Source: Candidatus Omnitrophota bacterium (lineage in GTDB: Bacteria > Omnitrophota > Gorgyraeia > 2-01-FULL-45-10). From it: a DNA stretch of 64,000 nucleotides. The translations under genes were made by a program, and so were the position numbers. The stretch spans positions 24,670 through 88,669 of the forward strand of contig JAQVUX010000007.1 of assembly GCA_028699255.1 (NCBI GenBank), read 5' to 3'. Below the pieces are notes generated by a model that saw nothing but the letters and a program-made list of their open reading frames with translations, did no database searches and had not been told where the DNA came from. Shown here piece after piece: positions 1-10,015 of this stretch (the first letter of the stretch is position 1; every line of letters begins with the position of its first letter).

Positions 1-34
1 CAATGCCATCCGGAAATACTCTTTAGGCGATTCT

Positions 35-1363
35 TCATTTTTTCGCAGTTATCGCGGCAGTTATCGCGGCGCCTTTGCCGGAACCGTCTTTAGCAAGAAC
101 CGGCCTGATGAGCGATGCCTTAACACCAAATATCTCATCTAACGCCTTTCGCATATTTGCGGCGAACGTAGGATGTTTCTCGAATACGGAACCGTCGATT
201 GCTATAGTATGGGCGTTCTCAAGCTGTGGATCCATCCTGGTAACGATAGCCGCTATGCAGGCGGCGCTTATCCGCGCGGCGCGGCATGAAACGATCCCGC
301 ATATATCTTTAAAAAGACCTCTGTCTTCTTTGGACGACTGCGAACATCCGAGTTTTTTCAGGATATCGCCTACCCCGTCGAGACCACGCGTCACGTCCGC
401 TTCGACATCCGACATATATTCCGTTCCAAATCCGCCCTTTGTAAATAATCCCGGCATGGAGACGCAGGCGAATTCCTTCTTCGATGACATATCACTCAAC
501 ACCATCCGCGCGACTTCTCCAAGATACATCCCGGAAACCATCTTCTCCAATATCTGCTGACCGGGATTGTCCGAAGCCTCATCGAGTTGCCTGTCGTATG
601 AAGTGGAAATGAGCTTATCGAAATTACCCCATTCGATATTAATTATCATCCGCCCTTTTTTGCCGGATAAGGCAGGCCATTTTTTTATACGCGTCAACTC
701 TTCCGGATAACATGCGTTTGTACCGGTTCCTATTATCACCCCCGCGTCGCAATCAGGGTCTTCGTAACTTTTGGCTATCAGAGTGCCGACGGTATCGTTT
801 ACCAGGGCGGAGATTTTTACGTTATCTATCCGCTTCCTCGCGAACGCTTCGTTCATCAACTTCACGACATCATTACCTACCACACCGGTCGTCTCGAATC
901 CTTTTGTCCAGCACATCAGTATGCCGCTCGAGATCCCCGTCTGTCGTATCGGAAATGAGAAGGTAAAGCCGAGATTCAGGCGGTCTTTTCCGGTTAGATT
1001 ATTTTTTTCCAGGAAAGCGCCGACGCTGTCGGCTATGAAATCGAAGAATATTTCCGCGGTGCCCGTTATCTGTTTCTTCTCGAGCGCAAACTTCATTATC
1101 ACAGGTTCCAGCGCTTTGCGGCCGCCTTTAAGCGTAAGCTTCAGCACCCGGAAGTTCGTCCCGCCGAGATCGAGCGCGATGAAATCGCCTTTCTCGCCGC
1201 CTGTGGGCATGCCGACATATGTGGGGATCATTTTAAGCGAGCTCTCTTCTCCGGCAAGCCCCTTATCCATATCGAGATGGAACGCCTCCACAACCTTCCA
1301 TATCATAGGAACCGGCAGGTCGAATATTCTACCGATCTCTTCGCGCATCGCCATATCCCGCAC
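35..1363 (-). CDS. hexokinase-family sugar kinase (eukaryote-type hexokinase fold)
   Basis: 442 aa; hexokinase signature 'LDLGGTNFRV' and 'GFTFSFP' sugar-binding motif. Confidence 0.75.
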   Translation of the reverse strand: MRDMAMREEIGRIFDLPVPMIWKVVEAFHLDMDKGLAGEESSLKMIPTYVGMPTGGEKGDFIALDLGGTNFRVLKLTLKGGRKALEPVIMKFALEKKQITGTAEIFFDFIADSVGAFLEKNNLTGKDRLNLGFTFSFPIRQTGISSGILMCWTKGFETTGVVGNDVVKLMNEAFARKRIDNVKISALVNDTVGTLIAKSYEDPDCDAGVIIGTGTNACYPEELTRIKKWPALSGKKGRMIINIEWGNFDKLISTSYDRQLDEASDNPGQQILEKMVSGMYLGEVARMVLSDMSSKKEFACVSMPGLFTKGGFGTEYMSDVEADVTRGLDGVGDILKKLGCSQSSKEDRGLFKDICGIVSCRAARISAACIAAIVTRMDPQLENAHTIAIDGSVFEKHPTFAANMRKALDEIFGVKASLIRPVLAKDGSGKGAAITAAITAKK

Positions 1364-1372
1364 CCCCTGATA

Positions 1373-1849
1373 CTACCGGCTTATATTAAGTATCTTATAT
1401 TTCAACACACCCCTCGGCACCTGTATCTCGACCGAATCGCCTTTTTTATGGTTCAATAGGCCGGTACCTACCGGCGACTGGAGCGATATTTTGTTCTGGG
1501 CGTAATCCGCCTCTTCTTCGGATACTATCGTATATTCGAGTTCCTCGCCGGAATCGATATCTTTCAATTTTACGGTCGCCCCTACCAGAACCTCGTCGGA
1601 GGACATTTGTGAATTGTCGATTATTTGCGCGCTCGCAAGCTTCGTCTCGAGTTCGGCGATCTTCTTCTCGTTCATCCCTTGAGCGTCTTTTGCCGAATCA
1701 TACTCGGCGTTTTCACTTATGTCACCGTGAGCCCGCGCCTCGCCTATCGCGCGCGAAAGCTCCCTGCGCTTCGTCGTTTTCAGATACTCAAGTTCTTTCC
1801 TCAGTTTCTCATAACCTTCCGGCGTAAGATGCGTACTACCCCTTGTCAT
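1373..1849 (-). CDS. greA: transcription elongation factor GreA
   Basis: 158 aa; coiled-coil N-domain plus C-terminal GreA/GreB fold; 'AHGDISENAEYD' acidic tip. Confidence 0.85.
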   Translation of the reverse strand: MTRGSTHLTPEGYEKLRKELEYLKTTKRRELSRAIGEARAHGDISENAEYDSAKDAQGMNEKKIAELETKLASAQIIDNSQMSSDEVLVGATVKLKDIDSGEELEYTIVSEEEADYAQNKISLQSPVGTGLLNHKKGDSVEIQVPRGVLKYKILNISR

Positions 1850-1912
1850 AACTACCCCTATCTGGCCAACCGCGCAGGCTGACCGGTAATTTTATTCGGA
1901 TAACCTACACGG

Positions 1913-2560
1913 TTATCCCGTAATCAACTCTTCCATGTCATGCGGTAAAGGCGCTTCGAACTCCATAGACTTCCCGCTGATAGGATGTTTAAACGCAATC
2001 CTTGCGGCGTGGAGGGCAACTCTACCGAACCTTAATTTAAAATCTTTCCTGAAAGCATAAACACTTTCGCCCACTATAGGATGGCTTATCCGGGCTAAGT
2101 GTATGCGTATCTGGTTTGTCCTGCCGGTAACCGGCTCCACCTCGAGAATGCTAAAATCCGCACTGCGTCGTAACGTCCTGTATTTCGTTACCGCCGTATC
2201 GTGCCGCTTCTTATTCCTATTATATATGCCGCTTTCTATCGTGTCGAAATCTTTCGGGATCCTGCCCTGGACGATCGCTATGTAGCGCTTCGATACTTTC
2301 CTCTCCTTAAATTGTTCCATCAAAGATTGCCGGGCGGACTTTCCTTTGGAATATACGATTATGCCTGAGGTTTCGCGATCGAGCCGGTGGCATGGATAAG
2401 CGTTCGCTTCGATGCCGCGCGAGTCGAGCTCTTTATTTAAAAGAGCAGTGAGCGTATTCGTCTCTTTTTTCGGCGTCGGGATTACGAGAAGTCCGGACGC
2501 TTTGTCGCAAACAATCAGCCATTCATCTTCGTAAATGATGCGGTAGCGTTTATCGCCCAT
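1913..2560 (-). CDS. RluA-family pseudouridine synthase
   Basis: 215 aa; catalytic 'HRLDRETSG' motif. Confidence 0.8.
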   Translation of the reverse strand: MGDKRYRIIYEDEWLIVCDKASGLLVIPTPKKETNTLTALLNKELDSRGIEANAYPCHRLDRETSGIIVYSKGKSARQSLMEQFKERKVSKRYIAIVQGRIPKDFDTIESGIYNRNKKRHDTAVTKYRTLRRSADFSILEVEPVTGRTNQIRIHLARISHPIVGESVYAFRKDFKLRFGRVALHAARIAFKHPISGKSMEFEAPLPHDMEELITG

Positions 2561-2568
2561 AGGTTTAA

Positions 2569-3423
2569 TTATACCATTTTGCGGTAATCAGCGTGAAGCA
2601 GTTTTGTAACCGCTCCCGGATGGCCTGTGCCTATAACAGCGTGGCCTATCTTTACAACTGGAATCATCTCCGCCAAAGAATTAGTTAAAAATACCTCATC
2701 GGCATGCATCAGCATATCACGCGTCACCGCGCATTCGGCGGTTTTTATTCCCAATTTGCCGGCCATTTCGATAACGACGCCGCGCGTTATCCCCGGGAGT
2801 ATGCCGCTACCGGTCGATGGCGTCATCAAACGGTCTTTCTTTAAAATAAAGATGTTGCTCGTAGCCGCTTCGGCGACATGCCCCTTCAAATTAACAAGTA
2901 TCGCTTCGTCAAAACCTTTTTTTTGCGCGGCAGATCTTGCCATTATATGTTCCAGGAAATTCAAACTCTTTATCCCGGATAGCGGGGAGCTTTCATTAAT
3001 CGCGATATCCGATACGCAGGCACTTATGCCTCCGGAATAAAACGACTCCGTATATCCGTTAAATCGTTTCATTGTAATAATAACATTCGGCCGCGTCGCG
3101 AGCGGCTCTTCCGCAAGCGTAAAAGACCCTTCGCCGCGCGTTACGATAATTCTAATCGAGGAGTTCTTCATCTGTCCGGAAGAAAGCCCCCCTTGCATAA
3201 CTCCGGCGATATCTTTTCTGCGATACGGGATCTTTATTCCGATACTATCTGCGGAATCGTATAACCTTTTAAGATGGTCGGCCTCTTTGAATATCCTGCC
3301 GGAATATGAGCGCAGGGTCTCGAAAATACCGTCGCCGTAAAGAAATCCGCGATCCGATATGGATATTGCGGCGTTCTTCGTATTCACAAATCTGCCGTTT
3401 TGCCAGGTTTTCACAGTTGCCAC
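2569..3423 (-). CDS. class IV aminotransferase / aminodeoxychorismate lyase (PabC-like)
   Basis: 284 aa fold-type IV PLP enzyme; 13-nt overlap with the upstream pabB suggests translational coupling. Confidence 0.6.
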   Translation of the reverse strand: MATVKTWQNGRFVNTKNAAISISDRGFLYGDGIFETLRSYSGRIFKEADHLKRLYDSADSIGIKIPYRRKDIAGVMQGGLSSGQMKNSSIRIIVTRGEGSFTLAEEPLATRPNVIITMKRFNGYTESFYSGGISACVSDIAINESSPLSGIKSLNFLEHIMARSAAQKKGFDEAILVNLKGHVAEAATSNIFILKKDRLMTPSTGSGILPGITRGVVIEMAGKLGIKTAECAVTRDMLMHADEVFLTNSLAEMIPVVKIGHAVIGTGHPGAVTKLLHADYRKMV

Positions 3424-4811
3424 ACTGCCTCCTTACCGAATTTGCGCCCCGGGGTGCAAATCCCAAGCGCCTTCATTATTCCCGCGGCCTTATCGATCGT
3501 CTCGGCATATTCCGCTTCCGGATCCGAATCCGCAACTATTCCTCCACCCACAGAAAAATATACCCGCTTACCTTTTGCGATAAGAGTTCTTATCACAACC
3601 GACGTATCCATATTCCCGTCGAACGATATATAACCTACAGCGCCTGTATATACAGAGCGTTTCACGCCCTCGAGTTCCTCGATTATCTCCATCGCCCTCA
3701 CCTTCGGCGCGCCGGTTATTGAACCTCCCGGGAAAGAGGCCATAAGACAGTCGATGGGGGTAGCATCCTTCTTAAGCCTTCCTGAAACGGTGGAGACCAT
3801 GTGGATCACGTTGGAAAACTTCTCTATCGCCGCCGGACGGTTAAGTTTCACCGTACCGTAATCGCATATTCTGCCGAGGTCGTTACGCTCAAGATCCACT
3901 ATCATTATGTGTTCGGCGTTGTCTTTTGCGCTCAAAGAAAGCTCGCGCGAAAGCGCCTCGTCGCCGTCTTTTGTAACGCCACGCGGGCGCGTGCCTTTAA
4001 TGGGGCGCGTCTCGATATATCTGCCTTTTTTGAACAAAAATCTCTCCGGCGAAGAACTTAGTATAGCAACATCGCCAAATCCCAGGTACGCGGCAAATGG
4101 CGCCGGCGAAATAGTCCTAAGCCGCGAATACAGGCGCGAGGGCTTAATATCGATATCCGCTTCGAACCTCTGCGAAAGGTTGACCTGGTATATATCGCCT
4201 TTTTTTATGTACTTCTTTGCCTTCTTTATAACCTTAAAATAGCCGGGCTTCGAAAAATTCGATCTCAGTCGCGCCGCCGGCACATCCGAAAGATTATCTC
4301 GACGAGAGATACCGGTCGAGAGGATATTTTTAAATTCCGCCAAACGATTGCCGCCGGCTATATAAGTTTTATGCTTCAGATTATCATACACTATCGCGGT
4401 GTCATAGAAACCCATTATACAATCCGGTACCCCCAGGTCATCAACAGCGCTATCGCGAAGGTTTTCGACAAAACCTTTCATGTCGTACGAGAAATAACCG
4501 ACGCCGCCTGAGGTGAACGGCAGAGCGCGCGGGAGGGCCTTACGCCCGTATTGTTTGAATATATCTTTTAAAACAGCGAAGGGATTTGCCGTGAATGTTT
4601 CATTTTTGCCGCCGGGACGCTCGAGAGTTATGGCCGCGCCTTTACTTTTAAATACAAGGAACGGGTCACACCCGAGGAATGAAAATCTGCCTTGCTTAGC
4701 GTCGGTGAGCGCGCTGTCTAAGAAAAAAACATATGGACGATCCTCAAGCAGATGGAATATTTCTATCGGGGAGATTTTCTTCCGTATCTTTTCGATGGCC
4801 GGATTAGCCAT
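3411..4811 (-). CDS. pabB: aminodeoxychorismate synthase component I (chorismate-binding enzyme, PabB/TrpE family)
   Basis: 466 aa; chorismate-utilising domain; adjacent PabC-like gene. Confidence 0.75.
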   Translation of the reverse strand: MANPAIEKIRKKISPIEIFHLLEDRPYVFFLDSALTDAKQGRFSFLGCDPFLVFKSKGAAITLERPGGKNETFTANPFAVLKDIFKQYGRKALPRALPFTSGGVGYFSYDMKGFVENLRDSAVDDLGVPDCIMGFYDTAIVYDNLKHKTYIAGGNRLAEFKNILSTGISRRDNLSDVPAARLRSNFSKPGYFKVIKKAKKYIKKGDIYQVNLSQRFEADIDIKPSRLYSRLRTISPAPFAAYLGFGDVAILSSSPERFLFKKGRYIETRPIKGTRPRGVTKDGDEALSRELSLSAKDNAEHIMIVDLERNDLGRICDYGTVKLNRPAAIEKFSNVIHMVSTVSGRLKKDATPIDCLMASFPGGSITGAPKVRAMEIIEELEGVKRSVYTGAVGYISFDGNMDTSVVIRTLIAKGKRVYFSVGGGIVADSDPEAEYAETIDKAAGIMKALGICTPGRKFGKEAVWQL

Positions 4812-5304
4812 TAAGCGCTTCCGAAAAAGCGTCCGCGAGAAGGTTTAGCGAGCTTAAAACCTCTTCACTCAGAGGAGACCCCAGGGCGGCCGACTTTGGC
4901 TGGATGGAAACCACGAATATATTAAGATCCTCTTTACCCGTCCTCAATAAATCGGTAAAAAGCCTCGGGGAAGGATTGTGAGTCGAAAAACTGACGTTCA
5001 CTATCTCGTCGAGAGAAAATACGTTTACACTGCCCGGGATCATTCCCATGTCGGCGGCATCTATTAATATTACCGTATCGCACAATGTGGTGAGTATCGG
5101 AAAAATATAATTTTCCGGGGCGGTACCACAATCGAATAAGTGAGCATTGATAGCGCGCGTTTTCAAAATTTCTATCAACCTGGGGCCCAGGCCGTCGTCG
5201 CCACGGATGATATTGCCTATGCCCACTATCGACGCTTTCCCTGAAATCTTAGATTTAATGGATTGGGAAAGTTCGGATCCGGACAGTCCGTTAGAACTTT
5301 TCAA
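4804..5304 (-). CDS. hycI: [NiFe] hydrogenase maturation endopeptidase (HycI/HybD family)
   Basis: 166 aa; 'VGIGNIIRGDDGLG' metal-binding motif typical of hydrogenase C-terminal processing proteases; last gene of the hydrogenase operon. Confidence 0.75.
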   Translation of the reverse strand: MKSSNGLSGSELSQSIKSKISGKASIVGIGNIIRGDDGLGPRLIEILKTRAINAHLFDCGTAPENYIFPILTTLCDTVILIDAADMGMIPGSVNVFSLDEIVNVSFSTHNPSPRLFTDLLRTGKEDLNIFVVSIQPKSAALGSPLSEEVLSSLNLLADAFSEALNG

Positions 5305-5911
5305 GAGTGGCTTTCCTTCTGCATTTGGCGCACAATATCTTCACGCGATCGCTTCGTACAACATAGTCGCGCGCCGTTTGAATAACGCTTTCACCAAAGC
5401 CCATACCTTTTAACGATTCCAAAAACAGTGTCGGATTAGAGAATGCCAAAGGACCTAATTTGCCGGCCACCCACCGAAGATGCGCGCGCGTCGTTATTAC
5501 CTCGCCGCACTCCTCGCAAAGCGCCAGCTCTTTCTCATCCGTCGCCGAGATCATCGACGCCCTGTCGAATCCGGCCAGATCGAAATCGGTAGTATGCCGG
5601 ATACCGGGCGGATTATCGGCTTTTGTAGTACACAGCGCGCTACACTGCCCGCAATAATGGCACTCGTCCAGATGCAGTATCATCCTGCGCGTCGCCTTAT
5701 CCTTTGTAATCACATCCTTGAACTCTATCGCTCTCATAGGGCACACTAGCGCGCACGCGGTACAGCCGATACACCCTTCGTCGGAATACTGTGGCCTGCC
5801 GCGGAAACGCTTCGCCGGCACATGCGGCGCATAAGGAAATTTCGACGTATACGGCCCGGCTATCAGAGCCGTTATAGCTTCTTTAAGTTCTCGTAATTTC
5901 GGTAATCTCAT
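5291..5911 (-). CDS. TYKY/NuoI-like 2x[4Fe-4S] ferredoxin subunit of the membrane-bound hydrogenase (MbhN/HycF-like)
   Basis: Two CxxCxxCxxxCP motifs ('CIGCTACALVCP' and 'CHYCGQCSALC'); within the hydrogenase operon. Confidence 0.65.
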   Translation of the reverse strand: MRLPKLRELKEAITALIAGPYTSKFPYAPHVPAKRFRGRPQYSDEGCIGCTACALVCPMRAIEFKDVITKDKATRRMILHLDECHYCGQCSALCTTKADNPPGIRHTTDFDLAGFDRASMISATDEKELALCEECGEVITTRAHLRWVAGKLGPLAFSNPTLFLESLKGMGFGESVIQTARDYVVRSDRVKILCAKCRRKATLEKF

Positions 5912-6006
5912 ATGCTAAGCTTTACCATGTTGGAAGAATGCCTCAATAACCGTTCCAAGTTTGATCCTATCTATATTCATATTCATCGCGCCCTCCTCCG
6001 CCATAG

Positions 6007-6336
6007 CTACTCTCCGATAGTACCGGTATATTGATCAACGACCGTCTCTTTACATGGCTTGACGTCCGAACGGTAAGCGCCTCTTGCCAGGGCATGCGCC
6101 GAAACCGGAGCGGTCAAAAGAATGAACACCATACATAGGAGCGCCTTAATACCTGTAGCGGTAAATCCCCTGCATATAAAAAGGCCGAGTAATATTCCGC
6201 ACGTCCCAAGGGTCACGCATTTAACGGATGCCTGTAGCCGCGTATAAACGTCCGGGAACCTGACGAGCCCCAGACAACCGAAGAAGTCTAAGATAAGCCC
6301 GATAACGACTAGTGCCATCCCTATATTCTCATTCAT
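6007..6336 (-). CDS. mrpG: Mrp antiporter-module subunit G (MnhG-like)
   Basis: About 110 aa, 3 TM helices. Start placed at the internal Met ('MNENIGM') to avoid overlapping mrpF. Confidence 0.55.
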   Translation of the reverse strand: MNENIGMALVVIGLILDFFGCLGLVRFPDVYTRLQASVKCVTLGTCGILLGLFICRGFTATGIKALLCMVFILLTAPVSAHALARGAYRSDVKPCKETVVDQYTGTIGE

Positions 6337-6688
6337 CGAAATCTTTCCCCTCCAGATATTTCGCAAGCGCCATTATGCCTATAAAACTTTGTAATGCCCA
6401 TGCAAGAGCTATATCTATATACCAGTCCCTTCCCGTCGGTAAACTTAATATAGCGCAAAGCCCGACGATAAGTATCCCAAGCATATCTACGGCAACAGCC
6501 CTGTCAGGCGCAGTAGGCCCTCTCAATATTCTGAAAAGGCAGAGCAGGACGGATATGAGAAGCCAGAGGAACGCCCTGGCAAGAAAATTGGACTGCCACA
6601 TGATCATGGACGAAACCGGCGCGAATAATACCGCCACCGCAATGACCGTTATCAATATAAGCCCGAGCGCCCAGTTAAGATTTTTCAT
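6329..6688 (-). CDS. mrpF: Mrp antiporter-module subunit F (MnhF-like)
   Basis: 119 aa membrane protein with 'RILRGPT..DR..A.D' MnhF-like motif. Confidence 0.55.
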   Translation of the reverse strand: MKNLNWALGLILITVIAVAVLFAPVSSMIMWQSNFLARAFLWLLISVLLCLFRILRGPTAPDRAVAVDMLGILIVGLCAILSLPTGRDWYIDIALAWALQSFIGIMALAKYLEGKDFDE

Positions 6689-6690
6689 AA

Positions 6691-7221
6691 TTATTCGAAT
6701 ATCCTCTTTAAAATACGCCCGTATTTATCCACAACCGGTAGCTTTATATCAGTCGAGGCCTGTGACTCTTTTAAGAACAGCATATGTATGTAAATATAAC
6801 CTCTTTCTTTATCTATATCTACGGTCGTAGCGCCGGGCGTGAATGTTATGGAATTAGCAAGGAACGTAAGCCCTATATCCGATTTAAGATCCGTTTTAAC
6901 TCTTATGGTGGCCGGCCTTATCGGTAATACCGGACAGGCAACCCTCCAGACTACATCTGTAGTTGCCTTCAGGCACTCCCATAAAAAAACCATTGCGTAG
7001 CAAACAAGCCAGAATATTCTTTTGGGCATATTCATCACGCCCGGCTTTTCAGCCGCAGAGGTCTTGGTGGTGCCGTCGGCCAGCTTGAATATATCCACCG
7101 TCATAAGCGTAACGAACAAAGAGATGATAATACCAAGGACGCACTGTTTGACATCGGCCGGCCATGTTAGCGCCAACCAGACGACGAACCATAGGATAAA
7201 TAACGCGGCCTTTTTTATCAT
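6691..7221 (-). CDS. mrpE: Mrp antiporter-module subunit E (MnhE-like)
   Basis: 176 aa; 'FTPGATTVDID' MnhE signature. Confidence 0.6.
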   Translation of the reverse strand: MIKKAALFILWFVVWLALTWPADVKQCVLGIIISLFVTLMTVDIFKLADGTTKTSAAEKPGVMNMPKRIFWLVCYAMVFLWECLKATTDVVWRVACPVLPIRPATIRVKTDLKSDIGLTFLANSITFTPGATTVDIDKERGYIYIHMLFLKESQASTDIKLPVVDKYGRILKRIFE

Positions 7222-8711
7222 CTTACGACCCCGGGGTTGACACAGAAGGAACCTTTTACAAGAACGGCGGCCGCGTTGTTCAGCAGTGCGTTGCCCGCGT
7301 TCGGCATAAGTAAAAATCCTCCGGATATAACGATGACGGCCAGGATCGCGACCGCGACGGCCATGGCCATACTCCTCTTAGCCCCTCCACGGGTAGCGGT
7401 CTCATCGGGCCGCCTGCCGAAGAGTACCGGCGTAAGCGCCCTGAAGTAGTACGCAAGCGTAAGAATGCTTACGGCAACCGCTATGAAGGCGAGCACTGGC
7501 CTATTCGCCTGGATACACGCGAAAATTATTATTAGCTTGCTCCAGAACCCGCCGAGCGGCGGCACGCCGCATATCGAAAGAGCGCCTGCCATCATAGAAT
7601 ATCCGTTGACGGGATTTTTCGCGATTATTCCGGACATACGCTTAAGGTCGTTGGTCTGCTCGGAGTTTTCGGCGATCCCGGAATTTAAAAATAGCGCCGA
7701 CTTGGCCACACTGTGATTAAAAAGATGAAGGAGCGCCCCTACGATGCCGAGCGGCGTTCCTATTCCGAGCCCTAGAAAGATATAGCCAACCTGGCTTATG
7801 CTCGAATATCCGAATAGCCGCCTTATATTCGTTTGTCCGAAAGCGAGTAAAGCCCCCACCAGCATCGAGAGAACGGCCAATGTTATAATGATTGAAGAAA
7901 CCGCGGATGTCATTCCAAAAATATTAAAAAATATCCTGGCAATCACATATATGCCAAGCGTCTTTATGAGTATCCCGGAAGAGGCCGCGGGAATAGTGGC
8001 CGGGGATGAACTGTACGTATCCGGTAGCCACGCGTGAAAAGGCACAGCCGCGGCTTTGAGCCCGAAGCCCATTATGAATAACATACCAACAAAATATAAA
8101 AGTTTTGTACCGCCCGACGCCGCTATTACGCGGGCCATGTCGTTCATATTGAGTGTGGATGTCGCGCCATAAAGAAGCGCTATCCCGAGCAGGACGAAGC
8201 TGGACGCCACAGCGCTCATCACGGCATATTTGAACGACGCCTCAAGGGATGTCGGTTCGGTGCCAAATGCCACCAGCGCGTACACCGCGATAGACGCTAT
8301 CTCCAGAAATACGTAGAGGTTGAATAAATCCGTCGTTATCAGGAGCCCGTTGACACCCGCCATCATTACCATAAGGAGCGTATAATATTTCCACTTATCG
8401 GTATAGCTCTTTATGTACCCTACGGAATATACCGCTATTAAAAATCCGACTAAGTTGACTGTAACCAGCATGAATGCCGATAGCGCGTCGGCGCAGAGCT
8501 GAATGCCGAACGGGGGCATCCAGTTTCCCACATTATAGGATGGCGCCCTGCCCTGCAGGACGAGAGCGGCTACGGCAAGCGAAACCGCCATCATAAAAAA
8601 TGTAGCCGCGCAGGCAATAACGTCCGCGGCCGCCTTCATGCGTTTCGCGAAAAGAGGCGTCAAAAACGCCGCGGTAAGCGGTATCGCTATCAAATATGGT
8701 AGTATCGCCAT
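7218..8711 (-). CDS. mrpD: Mrp subunit D / NuoM-N-like proton-pumping antiporter subunit
   Basis: 497 aa, 14-TM NuoL/M/N family ('WLPDTY' motif). Confidence 0.75.
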   Translation of the reverse strand: MAILPYLIAIPLTAAFLTPLFAKRMKAAADVIACAATFFMMAVSLAVAALVLQGRAPSYNVGNWMPPFGIQLCADALSAFMLVTVNLVGFLIAVYSVGYIKSYTDKWKYYTLLMVMMAGVNGLLITTDLFNLYVFLEIASIAVYALVAFGTEPTSLEASFKYAVMSAVASSFVLLGIALLYGATSTLNMNDMARVIAASGGTKLLYFVGMLFIMGFGLKAAAVPFHAWLPDTYSSSPATIPAASSGILIKTLGIYVIARIFFNIFGMTSAVSSIIITLAVLSMLVGALLAFGQTNIRRLFGYSSISQVGYIFLGLGIGTPLGIVGALLHLFNHSVAKSALFLNSGIAENSEQTNDLKRMSGIIAKNPVNGYSMMAGALSICGVPPLGGFWSKLIIIFACIQANRPVLAFIAVAVSILTLAYYFRALTPVLFGRRPDETATRGGAKRSMAMAVAVAILAVIVISGGFLLMPNAGNALLNNAAAVLVKGSFCVNPGVVR

Positions 8712-8716
8712 CGAGG

Positions 8717-9055
8717 CTATCCCTTAAGTTTGTTTATTCGCGTTATATCGAATGTTCCGTACTTCTCGTAAAGCCGTATCGCGATCGATATCAATAGAAG
8801 TGTTATCGAAAGCCCCAGGACAATCACGGTCAGCACCACCACCTGCGGCAGAGGATCCACCATCTTTGTGATAGCCTGATCGTGAGCGTATATAGGAGAA
8901 CGGCCGTCTTTTACATATCCTATGAGTATGAAGAAAAGATTTACCGCGTATCCCATAATGCATATGCCGATGATTATCTTTATGATATTCCGTTTCCTTA
9001 GGACACAATATAGCCCTATCGAGAAGAGCACCAGGCATAACATATATACCGTCAT
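8717..9055 (-). CDS. mrpC: Mrp subunit C (NuoK-like)
   Basis: 112 aa, 3 TM, NuoK-like. Confidence 0.65.
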   Translation of the reverse strand: MTVYMLCLVLFSIGLYCVLRKRNIIKIIIGICIMGYAVNLFFILIGYVKDGRSPIYAHDQAITKMVDPLPQVVVLTVIVLGLSITLLLISIAIRLYEKYGTFDITRINKLKG

Positions 9056-9067
9056 AAAAGTTTCTTT

Positions 9068-9493
9068 CTATTCCGAGTCTTTGTCCGCTTTTGACAAAAG
9101 TACCAGGGCTAAGAATATGGCAAACAACCCCGCGCCTACTATTATCATTTCACAAAATGGAATTATCGTGTAATTACTGAATATCCTGAAAGGCATATCG
9201 CCGGAAAATCCGTATATTACCGTGTAAAGGAACACGAGCGCGCCGGCGCCTATCGCTATCCGGAGCAGGTTCGCGCGCAGTCTTTTAAGCGCGACCTCTT
9301 TGCCGAATGCCAGCATTATATTTACGAATGAGAGCGCGACTATCACGCCCCCGGCAAATCCGCCACCCGGGGATTCATGCCCGGACATGGTAATATATAC
9401 GCCGTACAGCAGGATAAACCCGAGCGTAAGACGCGTTACCGTCTTGACTATAAGGGTCATACCCTTTTCATGTTTTACGGCCTTAGTATCCAT
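9068..9493 (-). CDS. mrpB: Mrp subunit B (MnhB-like)
   Basis: 141 aa, 4 TM. Confidence 0.55.
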   Translation of the reverse strand: MDTKAVKHEKGMTLIVKTVTRLTLGFILLYGVYITMSGHESPGGGFAGGVIVALSFVNIMLAFGKEVALKRLRANLLRIAIGAGALVFLYTVIYGFSGDMPFRIFSNYTIIPFCEMIIVGAGLFAIFLALVLLSKADKDSE

Positions 9494-9496
9494 CGA

Positions 9497-10015
9497 TTAT
9501 CCTTTACGCCCTATTTTACGCGCAACCGCCAGAACGCCAACTATGGCCGCGAACATCATCGTCGCCTCGCCAAGGGTATCGAGCGCTCTGTAATTTAAAT
9601 TTATCGCGGCGACGATATTCATCGCACCTGTCCGCGTCATGCCCTCCGCTATGTAAGTCCTCGATATACGCATAAGCGGGGAACCAAAATCCGGTATAAA
9701 CTTTATCGCTATGTACGCGCCTGTCAAAAATACGGACACGAAAAGAAGCGTCGCGACCGTATTAAAAACCCACCTGCCGGACGTACTGAACGGGATATCC
9801 CTTCTCGTGGTGGCGCGAATAAGTATTATAAGGCTCAATATCTCTACGACCAACTGCATTATCGCCAGGTCCGGCGCCTTCAACACCAGAAACGCCAGCG
9901 ATAAGCCTATCCCCACCGCGCCTATCGCTATTATGCTCGATAGAAGGTCTTTGGCCACCACTGCTATGATGGCCGCCGTTATCATAAATATAAGTATAAG
10001 ATATATCTCTATCAT
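9497..10015 (-). CDS. MrpA C-terminal-domain-like / MnhB-like membrane subunit
   Basis: 172 aa polytopic protein immediately downstream of the NuoL-like subunit, as in split MrpA. Confidence 0.5.
   Translation of the reverse strand: MIEIYLILIFMITAAIIAVVAKDLLSSIIAIGAVGIGLSLAFLVLKAPDLAIMQLVVEILSLIILIRATTRRDIPFSTSGRWVFNTVATLLFVSVFLTGAYIAIKFIPDFGSPLMRISRTYIAEGMTRTGAMNIVAAINLNYRALDTLGEATMMFAAIVGVLAVARKIGRKG

Noticed and set aside
75-1370. Plus-strand ORFs 75..560, 712..966, 771..1370 and many similar plus-strand ORFs across 1..49000 (e.g. 13890..14591, 38825..39685, 40576..41159)
   Set aside because: They lie antisense to long, well-supported minus-strand genes with recognisable protein families. 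Their products are low-complexity Arg/Ser/Pro-rich frames typical of antisense shadows.
5912-6006. 95-nt gap inside the hydrogenase operon with a 30-codon minus-strand ORF (MAEEGAMNMNIDRIKLGTVIEAFFQHGKA)
   Set aside because: No RBS, no recognisable motif, and too short to assess. Probably an untranslated intercistronic spacer.
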